Positions 35,201 through 49,208 of a stretch of DNA of 58,581 nucleotides are shown piece after piece (within the stretch, counting starts at the first letter, position 1; every line of letters begins with the position of its first letter). Under the pieces are notes generated by a model that was not told the DNA's origin, ran no database searches, and saw nothing but the letters and a program-made list of their open reading frames with translations. A program made the translations under genes and the position numbers. The stretch is from Catajapyx aquilonaris (taxonomy: Eukaryota), in the NCBI GenBank assembly GCA_000934665.2, contig JYFJ02002351.1, positions 1 to 58,581 on the forward strand. The letters run 5' to 3'.

Positions 35201-37870
35201 GATGGAAATGGTGGATGATAAGTGTAATTCCCCTTTCCCGCCAGCGCGAATGTGATTTTCGGGTCGATGGCGGCGGGCCCCGGCCCCCATTCGACACAGG
35301 CCCCTCCCTTCCCATCTCTGCCCTCCCATCCTCCTCTCTGCAGCCTTGTGTCTACCCCACCCATTTTCTAGCCTTGCTCGAAAAACGTTGCCAAAATCAT
35401 TTTTCTCCAGTTCGCAATTAATAAGGCGTCATTAATATTAAGCCAAGTGGGTAGAGTGTGCTTGCAATGTGATACGATGCGTAGGGCATATTTACACCGG
35501 ATCTAATCTTAATCACCACGTGGATCAATTATGGCTCAAATTATTGGCGCTTTTAACTGCATGAGTGTCTATTTATAAACACAGATGCAGCATTCTGATT
35601 TTGTGATTGTGGGCATTGTTTAGGTGCACATCTTATTTTTAAAATGAAGTAAAATATTGCGCACACTTTTCAGCATCACCTGTCAGGGGCACATTTATTG
35701 TTATTTTTATACGAAATACACATAACAAAATCGTTAAGTCAAACAAGACCTCGACTTTTTGAATGTCACTTCGTGCAAAGTCACCGAACGAGTACATGTC
35801 ACCTCCAAAAATTGCGGCTAATTCTAAATACGATATACTCGTATTTGCGAGAGGAAACCAATTCTAATCGTCTGTACGTTTCTTCTCTAAGGATAGTGAA
35901 CTGCATGAAATAGGGCAGAATGAGGAGCAATACTCCCTGCTCTTCTTAGTACAAGTAAGTGCTCATGTGCTGATAACAACCCACTTACAATGCATGTGCA
36001 GTGTAGCACTGTAACTGTGAACCTCTTCCGCCCGGAGAGCTACTCTGCATAATTTATTATAGACGTGGTCATTACTGAAATACTGTAACTTATTCGCATT
36101 TTACTGCAGATATTACAGTGCATGGCGCTAACCCGAACGTGGAACACACTGTATAGATAGGCCTATATAGAGAGAGAAAAAAAAAAAACAGAATCTTTGC
36201 TGGTCCAGGTATATGCATGTAAAAGAGTAAAACGAGTTAGGTGCCTGTCGTATAAAGTGCTCTGGTTCTAATTATTACATCAGATGGTCGAGGTATAAGC
36301 ATAAGCCGCAATGCTGAATACACGACACTTTTCATTCATGCTATTTTCAACTTACAGGACAACCCTTCGCAGCAGAATTATTCGCAGCTAAAAGGTAAAT
36401 GCAGAACAATCAACGTCCCACCGGAAGCATATCCAGATATGCCAGTGTGAAATTTGAATAGTGCAGCATTATCTTCAAACATTCTCAAGGAGATGGTCAT
36501 TACTATAGCTAAAAACCTAATATCAGAAAGTCCTGCACCATAATACAATTTACCCAAATCAATGGAACCCAACGCGTGGCACAGATCTACGCATTTCAGG
36601 TTTTCCTATTTAATTAACGGCAAAAAAATTCTTTTGAGTAGTGAATTCCCACAAGATTTTTCCAAATTAATCTTAAAGCAGGAATACAAGTTTTGCATGT
36701 CTGGTCACTGTCCATTAATTAGTTAATCCCATCACCGGATAACCGTGACACCAGCATAATTATAATCTCATAACTGGCTATTCATCTACTGTACATCATT
36801 ATTTTCTGACTTATCAGCATGTCGCACCAGGCCCAACACTCCCAAAATAGGAAAAAAAGGAAGTGCAGGTACCGCATTCAAAGGGAGGGGTATCCTCCTT
36901 ACAAAATCGATGCCCTCTTTAGATTGCTCGGATTGTTTTGCCTCTCAGAAAAGGCGGCAGAGTAAAAGATCTTTCACGGAGAAGGAAAAGGAAGGCACCT
37001 TGAGAGTGCCTAGCAAACAAAAGGCCAATATTCCGTGTCAGCTCGTCGTCGTTTTCCCCGTGTGTTTCTCTTTCCCCCAGTCGTCTCTATACAAAAACAG
37101 CTCCATTACTTTTCATGAAAGGAAAAGGGGGAATGGAATGAGCGTGGGGCGACAGCCACTTTAATTTCTGTCGGATCGACGCTGATTGGCAATGCAAATG
37201 CTGGCCTGATGGTCCTCCCCACTTCTGCATGAGCATTCAATTTATGGTGGGATGGAATTGATTCGCCCGCTGATGCAATGGAAAAGAGCATATTTTGCGT
37301 CCAAATGCCGCTTGCCTATTGTCCCCCAGGCCAACACCAAACTCGTGCACATTCACAGCTGGTTCGTTATTCATGTGCTGGCCAGGGGATGCCAACCTCG
37401 CCCACTGGGAAGTATACGTATATGACCATGCTGCTGGCTGCACACGACATAATTATACGCATGCCTTTTATTTTTAGAAATATATAGAAACCTGCTAATG
37501 CGATTGTGCCGGTTAAATGCAACAAAAACTGATGCCCTTTTTTGAAAGGGAACGAGATTATTAGAGGATTCTGCAGCGACGGCCGCATAGTTCAACCCAT
37601 CTATTGTACAAGCATTATACTTATTACACGTTGCTCCATTTCGATTCTGACTCTGCACAAAGTTGCATTCCAGTCAGCATCCCATTAAACAATTCGATGC
37701 AATGATGAAAGAGCAGATAACGGGAAAACGGACCCTATAATAATAGTAATGTAAACTAAGTTTTTGGAATTTATTATAATTTCTCCACAATAGGCTTCAG
37801 CAGTCGAACTCTGTCGTGAAAGACTATTACGTATATACTGTACATCTTATGACTGGTTGGACGGGCAAGA

Positions 37871-37873
37871 AGA

Positions 37874-37937
<64 letters not shown>
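37871..37937. repeat. (AG)n microsatellite
   Basis: Direct read; one interruption. Confidence 0.95.
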
Positions 37938-37941
<4 letters not shown>

Positions 37942-40900
37942 TCCAGCTTTACATAATACGTATTATTCAACGGTTTTCGGATATTATTCTTTAAGTTGCA
38001 TGGACACAAATGGGTCTTGTTAATAGCTCTATATAGGGAATTTCAAATATCTCTGGTATATAAAAATAGCCTATTAAAATAGCCTATTAAAAATAGCTGA
38101 AGTTCTGACGGGAAGCATCAGCCAACTATAATAAGTTATATCTGCAGAAGAGATTATTCCTCTACTCATAAGTGATATGAAAAATAAAGAGTAGTCTATT
38201 AACATTCTTGTTCCACGGTTAGCCTATGTCGGATTATTTTGTCCATCTGCACAGTAGGTATTCCTGAATGCTTGTCACGTCCACGATTACAATATGGAAG
38301 TTACACAGTCCATAAGCAACATTATCCCATCATGTCTCAGATTTTTAGCTATCACTGTACACAAGCACCATGATCGATCGAAGCATTTTTACGGCTGTGG
38401 TACCAGATTTTGCAAACTTGTGTCGCGCACTCTTGCTGACAAAACTATTCGTTCGTCTCTCAGTCGGTGGCTAATCAAGTGAATATTACTCGGTGTAAAG
38501 TCTGAACCATGATGGTCTGCATATTATGCTGCCCACCTTGAGTAAGGCTTCTGCAAAGACAGATGTGTGCACTATATTGTGGGTCCATCTTTGAAAATTC
38601 AAGTAGGAAAGCTTGAGCCTTTTGCTTGCAGTACGCTGTCCTCCTGTACTACATATCATGAAACGAGTGACCTTCAGCATATTATGTTTCGTCGCTGTCA
38701 AAAAGATTTTGGTAGGTGACAGCCTAAGAAATTGCGACAAACAGAGGACTAGGTTTATCGGTGACAATATATTCTCGACATAGGATTACCCGTAGAATAT
38801 GGCAGAAAAATGCCATACCTGTAGATCAATCGATAGTCAGATAGATACGATAATGCAACTGTTAGATTTTGGAGAAAATACTCTAAAACTTTCTGCCCAA
38901 AAGCATTGGTTTATTAATTGCCACAACTTTTGAATAATATTACCGGTACTACAGTATGCATTCTTGAAGAAGAGACTTTAATACCATCATTGTCTAAATA
39001 TCGTCTAGCGATTCTAATAAGTATATATTACTGTGAAAATCTTCTGTACAACTGCACTTCATGAAGCATTAAACAGCATAGAAATCGGACCTCCACATCC
39101 GAGCCTATCCCCTGCATCAGTAGCTCTGCTGGCCACCAATATTATGCCCCAGGGGCAGGATGAGGAAAAATAAGTTAGTGATTCCTCTGGAGACGGTCTT
39201 TTGTTGTATGAAATATGGAATTACAATCAGCCAAGAAATGTCTCACGCCCTGTAAAGACGTACGCTGGGAATTCGTTCAGTGTGAGTTGCATTAATCCAA
39301 ATGTTTATCGCCACGTAAGTGTGTCTGATTACGATTAGGTGCCCAATTATTTTCATACTCCCCTGAATTTCCAATACATTATTGTTTTGGAAGTCTGTTG
39401 ACATAAAAATGGTATATTTAGCTATTTGTACACCCTTAATTACAAACACTCTGTAGTAATGAAATCTTGTATCTTTGCTTGAGTGACTGTGAAATATGTT
39501 TATCTATCAAACAACTTCATCATATATACTTTTTAATCGCTATAAAATTGCTCCATATAAAAACGTTGCCATAAAATCAAGCCTATAGTAAACATACCGG
39601 TATACCTCGCACTTTGACAAGGCTCCTGATGTGATCCCTTACCAATTATTCCCCAGTTTTCAAAATAATGCTATAATGTAGAATCTAAGACAATTTTGCA
39701 CTAATCAGGGTTGACAATAACCTTCACTAGATAAGCCATGCGTACTAATGATATCAGTATTTAGATTACTTGTTTCTATCACACCAATATTCAGCGATAT
39801 GAAATTTTAAAGTCACAATCAGTATTAGTTTTGTAGCCTGCACAGGGTGGTTCACTTCCAAAGCCCCCAATTCAAGGAGGAGCTAGGCAAAGAAGTTGTG
39901 AATTATTTACTCTACCATTCAATTTTAAGAGGAGAATCGATCACAACAAGTGAAGGTGGTTCTGATTGCACAGATTATAAAAGGTTTCATTTCTTTGAAC
40001 TAGTTGCTAGAATGAACAATCCCAATGTCACAAAACTTGTCGTATTTTAAAGTTAACTACAATGAAAAAAGGTAGCCATTTAACTTATTGAAGTAGAAGA
40101 AATACACGAGTTTTGACTGTACGATGGTCAAGTAAAGTGGTCTGTAATACCACATTTGTTGGCATGCAATAATTTTGCAAACAATCTACAGTACATTGAA
40201 GACACATCATAATAAATTGTAATTTCTTTATCTTTCTTATCTGTAGAGAATATCAGACAAATTTAATGGGAGAGAGACGACTGTCGCAGCTGAAAAATAT
40301 TGCATTGAGGTTCTCTGAATTCCGATCTTCGTGATTTACCCAATTTCTTTCTTTCAGGTGGAGTCAGCAAGCAGCCAATATTAATTTGTTCCCAAGAGCA
40401 ATATACGACTGCTGGGAGTGTTTGCATTGGGGTACAGTAGGTTGCTGCATCATGATGATGAGCAAGGGAAAAGAGCTCACCTGCCAGAAGCAGGTTGATG
40501 TCGACGGGGCGCCTCGTCGGTGGGCACAGATTGCAGTGACGACAAGTGACGTGTGGCGGACTGCGTCGCGACGGGGCGTCGGCAGCGGGTCGGCGGCTGG
40601 AGGGGCGCCAGCGGGGCGCCTCGGGGGCAGCTGCGGCCCCAGCTCGGCCTCTGACAGCGGCGGGGTGCCCACGACTGCATCTGACTGATGCAGCACACGA
40701 CTCATCACTATATTGTACTGCTGCTGCATCCGACTACTACGCTTTACTGTCCGAACCCGACCGACGTCTCTTTCAGCACAGTTTTCCGCTCGAATTGAGC
40801 CGTCTAGGGGCTTTCTGGACGAACAAACATGGATAACCCTCAGAATGATGCTCCCTCTTCAAGCAGGAGAAGGTTTTCTGCACGATATCGGAAAAGAAAC

Positions 40901-43900
40901 CTCCAGCAGTAATCAGTTACAAAGACTGACAACTGAAATGGTCAAAATTGATTTAAGCAATTGATAATACATGCTTATAGGGATTGACTCTTACTTTATG
41001 ATGATCAGGATGTTTTTCTGCTGGTAGAGTAAATAAGTCACTTAGAAAGACATTTGAAGACATTGAAAAATTAAGTGTTACGCCTTCAAACTTGAACCAT
41101 CATGTCTCAAAATCATTATATCTGTATTTCCAGTGTATTTAAGTTTTTAAAATTAATAATTGCCTGCGGGTGATTCAACAATAAATAAAACTGCTTACAG
41201 ATTGTAAATTGCTTATTAATAGATGATACAGTATCACAGTACCGGTAGCAATGGACGTAATTCCCTTCTCATGTAGGGCAAAAAAGAAATAATTAGTCTC
41301 GATTTTACTTCGACTCTGTATATGCCAATCTTAAAGCCCAAGAAACACATTTCTACGTTCAATCGATACATGGACGCATAATTGGGTCATTTCCGAAGTC
41401 TTCAAGACATTTTAATAGTCAAAAGGTTTAGGACTTTAGGTTGAAAAACCTGACTTTTACCCAGCATCCAGGAGAGTGGCGTAAAAAGAATACCATTTGC
41501 GACCGCCATGATTCACCATGTACGTAATAATTATTGTAATGCACATGCAGAACCTTCATCACCACTTACAACGTCGTAAGTCTAGTCATCCAACCTAAAA
41601 TATTGAGAGTAATAAAAATGCTCCCGTAAAATTAGTCTATAAATAAAATACTAAATTTTCAACTCTCTAAGTGGACTATTGGCGTTTTCTATCCGATTTC
41701 GCATTTTTTATCCGGATTTATGACATGTTGATTATGGATATATCTGATAATTATTTTAGCCTTTATTGCGAAGCCAGCAAATACGTAATCATGAAAAGTA
41801 TTAGCTTCTATTAGGTATTATTACGCGGCCGTGAATCATCCTCTCATGCCCTGAACTGTAAAGGATATTTACGATTAGCATTGGTAAAAAAAAAGGGGGG
41901 GGGGGCATCTCACGTCGACGACAAAACCCGTTTTGTTGCATGCGAGACTCTCCTTGGGGATTTAAAAATGATATAATATGAGCGGCTAATGCTGTTGATA
42001 GACATTAATAGCAATTCTGCAAAAGTGACTACTAAAAATAAACAGCTTATAGTGCCAAAAAATATAGCCAACGCATTCGGACCAGGTTTTGGGTCACCCT
42101 GTATAATAAAATGGCAGAATAATATTGTAAATTTAGTTGTAATAATTTAGTGTGACACTGTACCTATATATGTTACAAGGACGAGTGTTCACACTTCGAG
42201 ATTTGCACTTGGAATGGCTAAAATATTATGCCCAAACATGATGAGGTTTACAAGAGAAATCTGCCTGAATCCTCTTACTGACTAACGGAATTACAATATT
42301 AAAACATCGAGCATGAACTGAATATAGCGAGTAATGCACCGGAATATGTGTAATGCAGCCTCAATACACTGGCTGCATACTCAATACCTGCCTAATACTA
42401 TAATCCAATTCATTCAGAGTGGGGGAGGGGGGACATAGGCCAGTTGCTTGGAAAAAGCAAGTTGAAGGATTGTCAAAGGTGTGTTAAGTATTGCACCTAA
42501 ATCATGCACATTTGGGATATTCCTTCCTCTGTTATGCTAACGGTTCAGACGTCTACACTCAACTTCAACAATGATGGACAACAAGGTCAACAACAGCTCG
42601 ATAGACTGGAACTCACTCAAAAGAGTTTCTCATGGTCTGACTTGAAAAATTAGCTTCAAAGATAAGACAATGTAGAGAACACTGCAGATTGCTTCTAGTA
42701 ACAGTGTTCACAATGTATTGAAATAGTTTTCGTAAGGCAACTACAATATAATGGTATTGTACAAAACTTTAGAAGGTTAGATGATATACATGAATGTATT
42801 CATGTCTTCTAAAAATCATGTTTATAAAATGATTATCTAATTCATTAATATTCAAATACTTTATTACAATATAATTTCCAGGAACAAATTCTGCCTCCCG
42901 GAAAGACTGACGCGACAGCACAGACTATGTACGTATATGCCCGTATTTAGTCCGTACAGGTTTTAACAATGCTAAGAGTTAGCGTTAGACTAATTGCCGT
43001 ACAGCCTTTAACAGAGAACGTAGGTATTTCGAAATAATTGCGACTGCAACATCTAGCACAGAATTACAGTAGGCATATCCGTTCCGCAAAACTCGCCATT
43101 TAACTGCATTCAACTGCACAGGAATTAATAATTATCCTACATAATCCTACTGCATACCACAGTTACCATATAGGTACGTACCATAGGTAATTCAGTTTCA
43201 CCCATGTGGCACTGTGGTGCGCATTGGTCATATAGGCACTTCTTTCTTACAAAATGTCTTTACATTGTTACCATTTCACATTGATCGCACTTACAGTTAG
43301 TTTCGACAGACTTCTACGTAAGTAGTCCACTGCTGTACACAGCTCAAAAACCTGCAACCCCTGATATCATCATTACATGCCCTGCGAATATACATCAGTA
43401 TCATATATACACAGGAAAAGTGAAGTGAAGGGTGCACGCTTGACGTGAGCTGAAACGAGTATCGGTCCTCGAAGTATATAAGAGGATTGTGCATTGGGAT
43501 GGGGGAGGGTCCAACAAAAGGCCGAAAGTTGGAGGATTTGGTGCGGCAATGATCGACCTCCATAATGAACCTTGAATCGCTTCCTAATCTTGTCAGAGCA
43601 GCTCAATGGATGAGGAGATTAAAGCTGGGCACCACCATACTCTATCCGCCCTGGCGAATGACCGCACTCCGCGTCCAGCATTTTGCCCTATTCAATCCCC
43701 GCCATGATGGGGATAATTCACTTTGGAAACACGCTGCAACTTTCCTACTGCAAATCAACCCCTGTTAGCAGAAAAAGGATTGCCTCATGGAGAAATGTAC
43801 AGGGTGAGTCATCTATTCATTGCAGTTTTGTCTCACCTTGTACACAAGGCTTCCCCTCTGAGTTTAGTTTATCGTGTTTATGACAGCAATTTAGAGCAGG

Positions 43901-44959
43901 TGACGAACTGTTTCGGGAAGCGCAAAAGTTTAGACGCTGGAGTTAACTCCTACTCAGAGTTGACTTAATTCGGGTAAGAAGCCGATCTGGCAGGGAGTGC
44001 AAAGTTGGAGCAAACTCCGGGAGGGATTAAAATGATAATCCCGGAGGCGAGGTGTGCCGTCTGGATGGTCTGGCAGGCAAAGGGATACTCTCAGAATCCC
44101 CCTCCAACCCCTCCCACTTTCAGTGCCAGCAGCAGCAGCACCCACTTCGATTAGCCAGAATCGATGCTTCTTTCCAGCAAGCATATAAAGAATCCAAAAG
44201 AAGACAATAATAATGACCCTTCTCTAACTTGTTCACTGGAAGCATTTTGGCAGTGAACTGATTAGGTCCTCACAATAGGTTGTCATGACCCTCTTTCTGG
44301 CAGCCAGGCATTTCCAGTCCCCCCCAGCCAGCCTCTCGCACGCACGCCCGCCACTGATTCAATTACCAAACTTCGTTATGGCAGGCGATGGCTGTATGCG
44401 GCCATTAATAAATTGTCCAAATGGGATTCAGCGGGAAGGCAGTGCACGCCTGGCGGACATCAAAGCCACCCACGGCCCTTCGTTAGGCTCCCCCGCCGAG
44501 CTTGCTCTTTCGCAAACCCCCCCGACAGGCTCCTCCTCTAGCTCTCTCTCTCTCACACTCTCCTGCAGCACCAGAGAGACCTAACAGTTATACAATCTGA
44601 ACATAACCCCGGACAGCTTAATATAAAAATGGAGGGAGAGAGAGAGAGCGGGTGGGGGGGGGGGGCACAGGCTCTTAAACCCTGAGGGATATTATGTGGA
44701 CTGTAAGCGACGCATGGTGAATGTTATCATATTAGCGGGAGGTTTATCATCACTGGTGGTGGGGTCATGTGCAACAAGTATAGGGGGCACTCACTGGGAA
44801 GAGGACGAGTTATGTGACCTTTCAAATGGTTGGATGAGTAAGGCCAAGGGATTGAGAAGTAGGAATCGCAGTCCAATGGATCTTGTACAAAAATCTTACA
44901 ATGGCATACCCATCTTTCTTGAGGTAGTAGCATAACTAGGAGACATTGCATAAAAATTC

Positions 44960-45031
<72 letters not shown>
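44960..45031. repeat. (AGT)24 microsatellite
   Basis: Direct read. Confidence 0.95.
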
Positions 45032-45032
<1 letters not shown>

Positions 45033-48000
45033 AGTAAGTACGAGTAAGTACGAGTAAGTAATAATTTAAAGCTTACTTTTGATTCAATGTTACGATTGCT
45101 AATATACTGTACATGTAATTGAAATAATTTATTCTGAAAAAGAAGAATTTGAAATAATTGTCAAGGCGCGTCAATTCCCATTTGTGCAGTTGAACATTAG
45201 CAGCATAAGATGATTATGAAACTTTTGCGAATGTTATTATTTTGACCGCTGTTATAAGGCGATTCTTTTGAAATGTTTTTTTGTTGCAAAACGTTATTCT
45301 CAAAACTATATGAATTGAGAATGGATACGCAGCCTTGAAGGTATCATAATTTCTCCATTATGTGTTTCAGTTTTTCATTTGGAAATAATATTGAGCTCTG
45401 GCATTTTCAGACGAAATGCCAATAAAAAAATCTGGCATAAACAATAACGTCAAGAAATGCTTCTGAAAGTACGTAATACCTAGACTAGAGGGAATAATCA
45501 AATATTCATAACTTTGCTTTGAAACATTGAAGTCTCTCAAAAAATGTAAAATAAAGTATAACACACAATTCAGATATAACGGATAACCAAGACACCTATA
45601 ATGCTCATAACTGTAAACTGCCACGCGTAAGGTGGGTTAATTCGTAATGTAATAGCAGTTATAATCGCAATTTGAAATAAAGTGTAGGTCTATTGGATAA
45701 AAGTAACACCACCAGTATTCCCGAAGCGTTATGTAGGTAAAAAAAGTATGAAAGTTATTCAATTAAAAAGGAGTCATTTCACCATCTAAGAGGGTTATAA
45801 GGAGAGAAGGTGCCGTGTCGTTAGATCTATAGCCTAACGGCTCGGGGTATTCCGAACTTCTCTTTTTCTCCAGACAAGTAGCCTACCCCTCGAAAAAAGA
45901 GAAGGCAAAGTGTAATGAAACTCGGGAGTACTAAAGCGAACCACCTTCATAAACCGGGCCATTGGGCTTTCCAGCAACGCCATTTCATAAAAGTGAAGCA
46001 GTACCAACTTTCATTCACCTTGATTTGATGCGTTAGAAGAGGTTTCTGTCAGGATTATGATCGGCCATAAAGCTCGGTAGACAGAGTAACACTGGAACTA
46101 TGCGTCAGGCTCACATATAGAAACTCAAAGAATCTTATTTAATAGTGACATTCAATAAGAGAAGCACATCACTATAATCAGAACACAAAGCAATGTATAA
46201 GCCTATTAGTTCATTGCGTTGTCAATGCAAAGCCAGCAGCAGCTGATTCTAGTTTTATTTTGTATTTTTCCGTTAAGTCGGTTTTAGAGATAATCTCAGT
46301 TGACTGAAACAAGTGCATGATATGAAATAGGCTACATATTTCACAGGTATAAGATGCTTCTGAAGAGCTCGGCTACATGTTGATTAGCATCTAATATTTA
46401 TGAAAACCATTAAAAGTAACTGATATAAAAATAAGAAGCGTATTGCTGGCGGATGAAATTATAGCTTTCAAATACATGTAATAATTTATAACAGAAAATA
46501 TTCTGCTCCAAACCGAGCACAAACCAATGCAACACATTTTATGACAATTCCCTCAATTGCAACAACCACACATATCCGAAAATAACGCCCGTCCAATTAG
46601 TATTCCCAACGCAAAGTGTAAAACAACGAGCCTTTTGCACGTCCCATGTACTCATATATCACGCATCATTAACTTAACAGTACGTGACTGCTATTTACAT
46701 GAGTGTTAATAGTTAAATAGTAAAAAACCTCGGCAATAAAATGTGTGTGTGTGTTGTGGGTGTGGAGCAGGGCATGTTCCGGTTGCATACCCTCCGGATG
46801 TCTCCATTGTCGCAATTGCAGTGGAAGTTAGTAGTCTATCCGGGTGAGTCGACAAGTGTCTGCATGGCCCGATTACACAGGCAATGACGTCAAGCGGAAA
46901 AGTCCTTTCCCTGGGCTGAATTTCGACGCGTTTCCCCCCCTCTCATGCCCCGGAAAAAAAAGAGAAGTGGTGCCCGTATTGCACACCTGCTACCTCTAGG
47001 CTATACCCGGAGCGTCGGTGGCGTCGGTGGCGTCGTTTCTGAAGGGAGGCTGGGGGTGGAGCCATTTTCCCCGGGCAAGTGGGAATATTAATTGCGTACG
47101 ATTTCCGGGGCATAAAGCCGGGGATCCGGTGGCGGATGGCGTTCCGGGGAGAAGGCTTGCCGTGACAGCCTAAGCCCCGCCGCCTTTGAAGAATGAAACG
47201 TCCTTTTTAATGGCCGCAACCACCATCCCCCCCGCTCCCTCACTCCCACCCGGATTTTCCGGGCACTGGGATGTGCTCTCCTGCCGCAGAGCTGCTTTAC
47301 ATAAAGCACCAGCCTGCTGCTGCATTTGCTGCTGCTGGGATCAATGCGGCGCTACACTGTCATGGCGGAAAAGGGACGCCCCCGACGCTGCTCATGCTGC
47401 ACCGCCAGAGCCAATCTTTACAATGAACAGCACTTTATAAAGTTCAGTTGATTACGCGAAAACTGTTTCACACACTAAAAATATAGCAATAATTACACAT
47501 CACATCGAGGACTCAATTGGTGCTTATATGAGGCGGTATACCAGTAATTAAAACCAGAAACCGTTGAAGGCAGAACATTTCTTCCTTTTTGGTCGCAGCA
47601 TCCTCCCTGGAGGATAAAACTTGGCCCCCCCTCACAGAATTCAGTGGATACAACTTTGCTCCTGTACATTTTCCCTCTTCCACAGCAAAATAAAATCCCC
47701 TCCCTTGCCCCCAGTGTTTGCCAGCCATTTGGAAGCGGAGGCCCACTTCCAACGGCAGTTAAGGAGGAAGACTCTGAAGAATAAGGATGACGGAAGGTGG
47801 GGGAGGTTGGAGGGGGAGGGGGAGGGAGAAGAAGACGACATTCTCGTGGCGACGCCGACGACGGGGAAGCGACAGTTTCCCATCGTCGCGAAAGGAGGAG
47901 GGGGGGACCTGTCGCCCCAGAAAATATATCTTATATTGGGTTGCCATCGGCGCTTTTCTGACTGTAATCGATAAATTCGGTTGGCTGCCTTTAGCTTTCT

Positions 48001-49138
48001 ATACGGACGCACTCTTCCTGTCACCATCACTTGGCTTTCCCCCCAATGATTTTATTTCACTTTTTCTGATTTTCCTTCCGCCTGGGACGGGGCAAGTCCA
48101 ACACACTTTTCGGGTCAGATCCTGAAATACAATGTATTTCACCGGACGAGACTGAATCGCGGCTGTACACAGCAAAATTTTTTTGTTGCTAGGAACCAAA
48201 GGAATCTGTGGAATTGAGATAAAAGGTGGAACTCATCAAAGCAGCACCTGAGTGGAAAAAAATAGACAATTCGAAGCAGGCGTCCTAAAAAGAAACCTGG
48301 CGGGGGTATTGAGGGACACAAAGTAAAGTGGAGGCAATCACACCTACCCTCCCCCGATTTTCAAACTCCCCTACCTCTCTTTTTGATATCCCTCCTCCTC
48401 TCTCCCTCCGGGCGCAGATTTGATTGGATTGCCGGAAGCGAAAAATCCGGGAGCTCCCCGACACGCAGCAAGCAATTAAAGGCGGCCCTCCAATCGCAGA
48501 AGCACCTAATCCGCTTTCCTTTTACGACCCCCGCCGTACAACTCTTGCCCGGAATAAGTAGTTTCAGGGGGATACTTGTGACTTGGGACCCGGAGAGGAT
48601 CCCCTCCTTTTTTGTTGCCCTATTTGCAGGTTAATGAACGTCACACACTGAGACCTCCAAACTTCATAATAAAAAAATGCAGCCTGCTGCTACAATACAG
48701 ACACTGGAAATGTTTGTAGGCTATTGTGTGCTGAAAGGGACACCTCTGCACGCCTTAATTCATCATTATTAATCCAGGTAGGCCTACTGTACAGTTGTTA
48801 AATTTTTAGTCATTTATTATGTTACTTTTTCTGCTCATAAAAGTATTTGTTAAATCTTACAAAAAAATAATTCAGGCATATCTGGGTTAATATAGTGTGG
48901 GAGTTCATATTATAAATTACCCGGATACAAGTACCGAGGTGCAACAACTTAATAGGCCTCAAACTTGAATAAAATAATGTTTTCATCTAAATATGCATGA
49001 ATTATTATGATATTATTTGTTAATTTTTCAATATTTTAATGTGCATATACGAAGAGTTGACATAGGCCTACTGACTTAAAATACAACAACTGTACAGTAC
49101 CAGTGTGTCAGTGTTCCATGTAAAGGAAGCCAGGCTGG

Positions 49139-49139
<1 letters not shown>

Positions 49140-49208
<69 letters not shown>
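49140..49208. repeat. (TTA)23 microsatellite
   Basis: Direct read. Confidence 0.95.
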
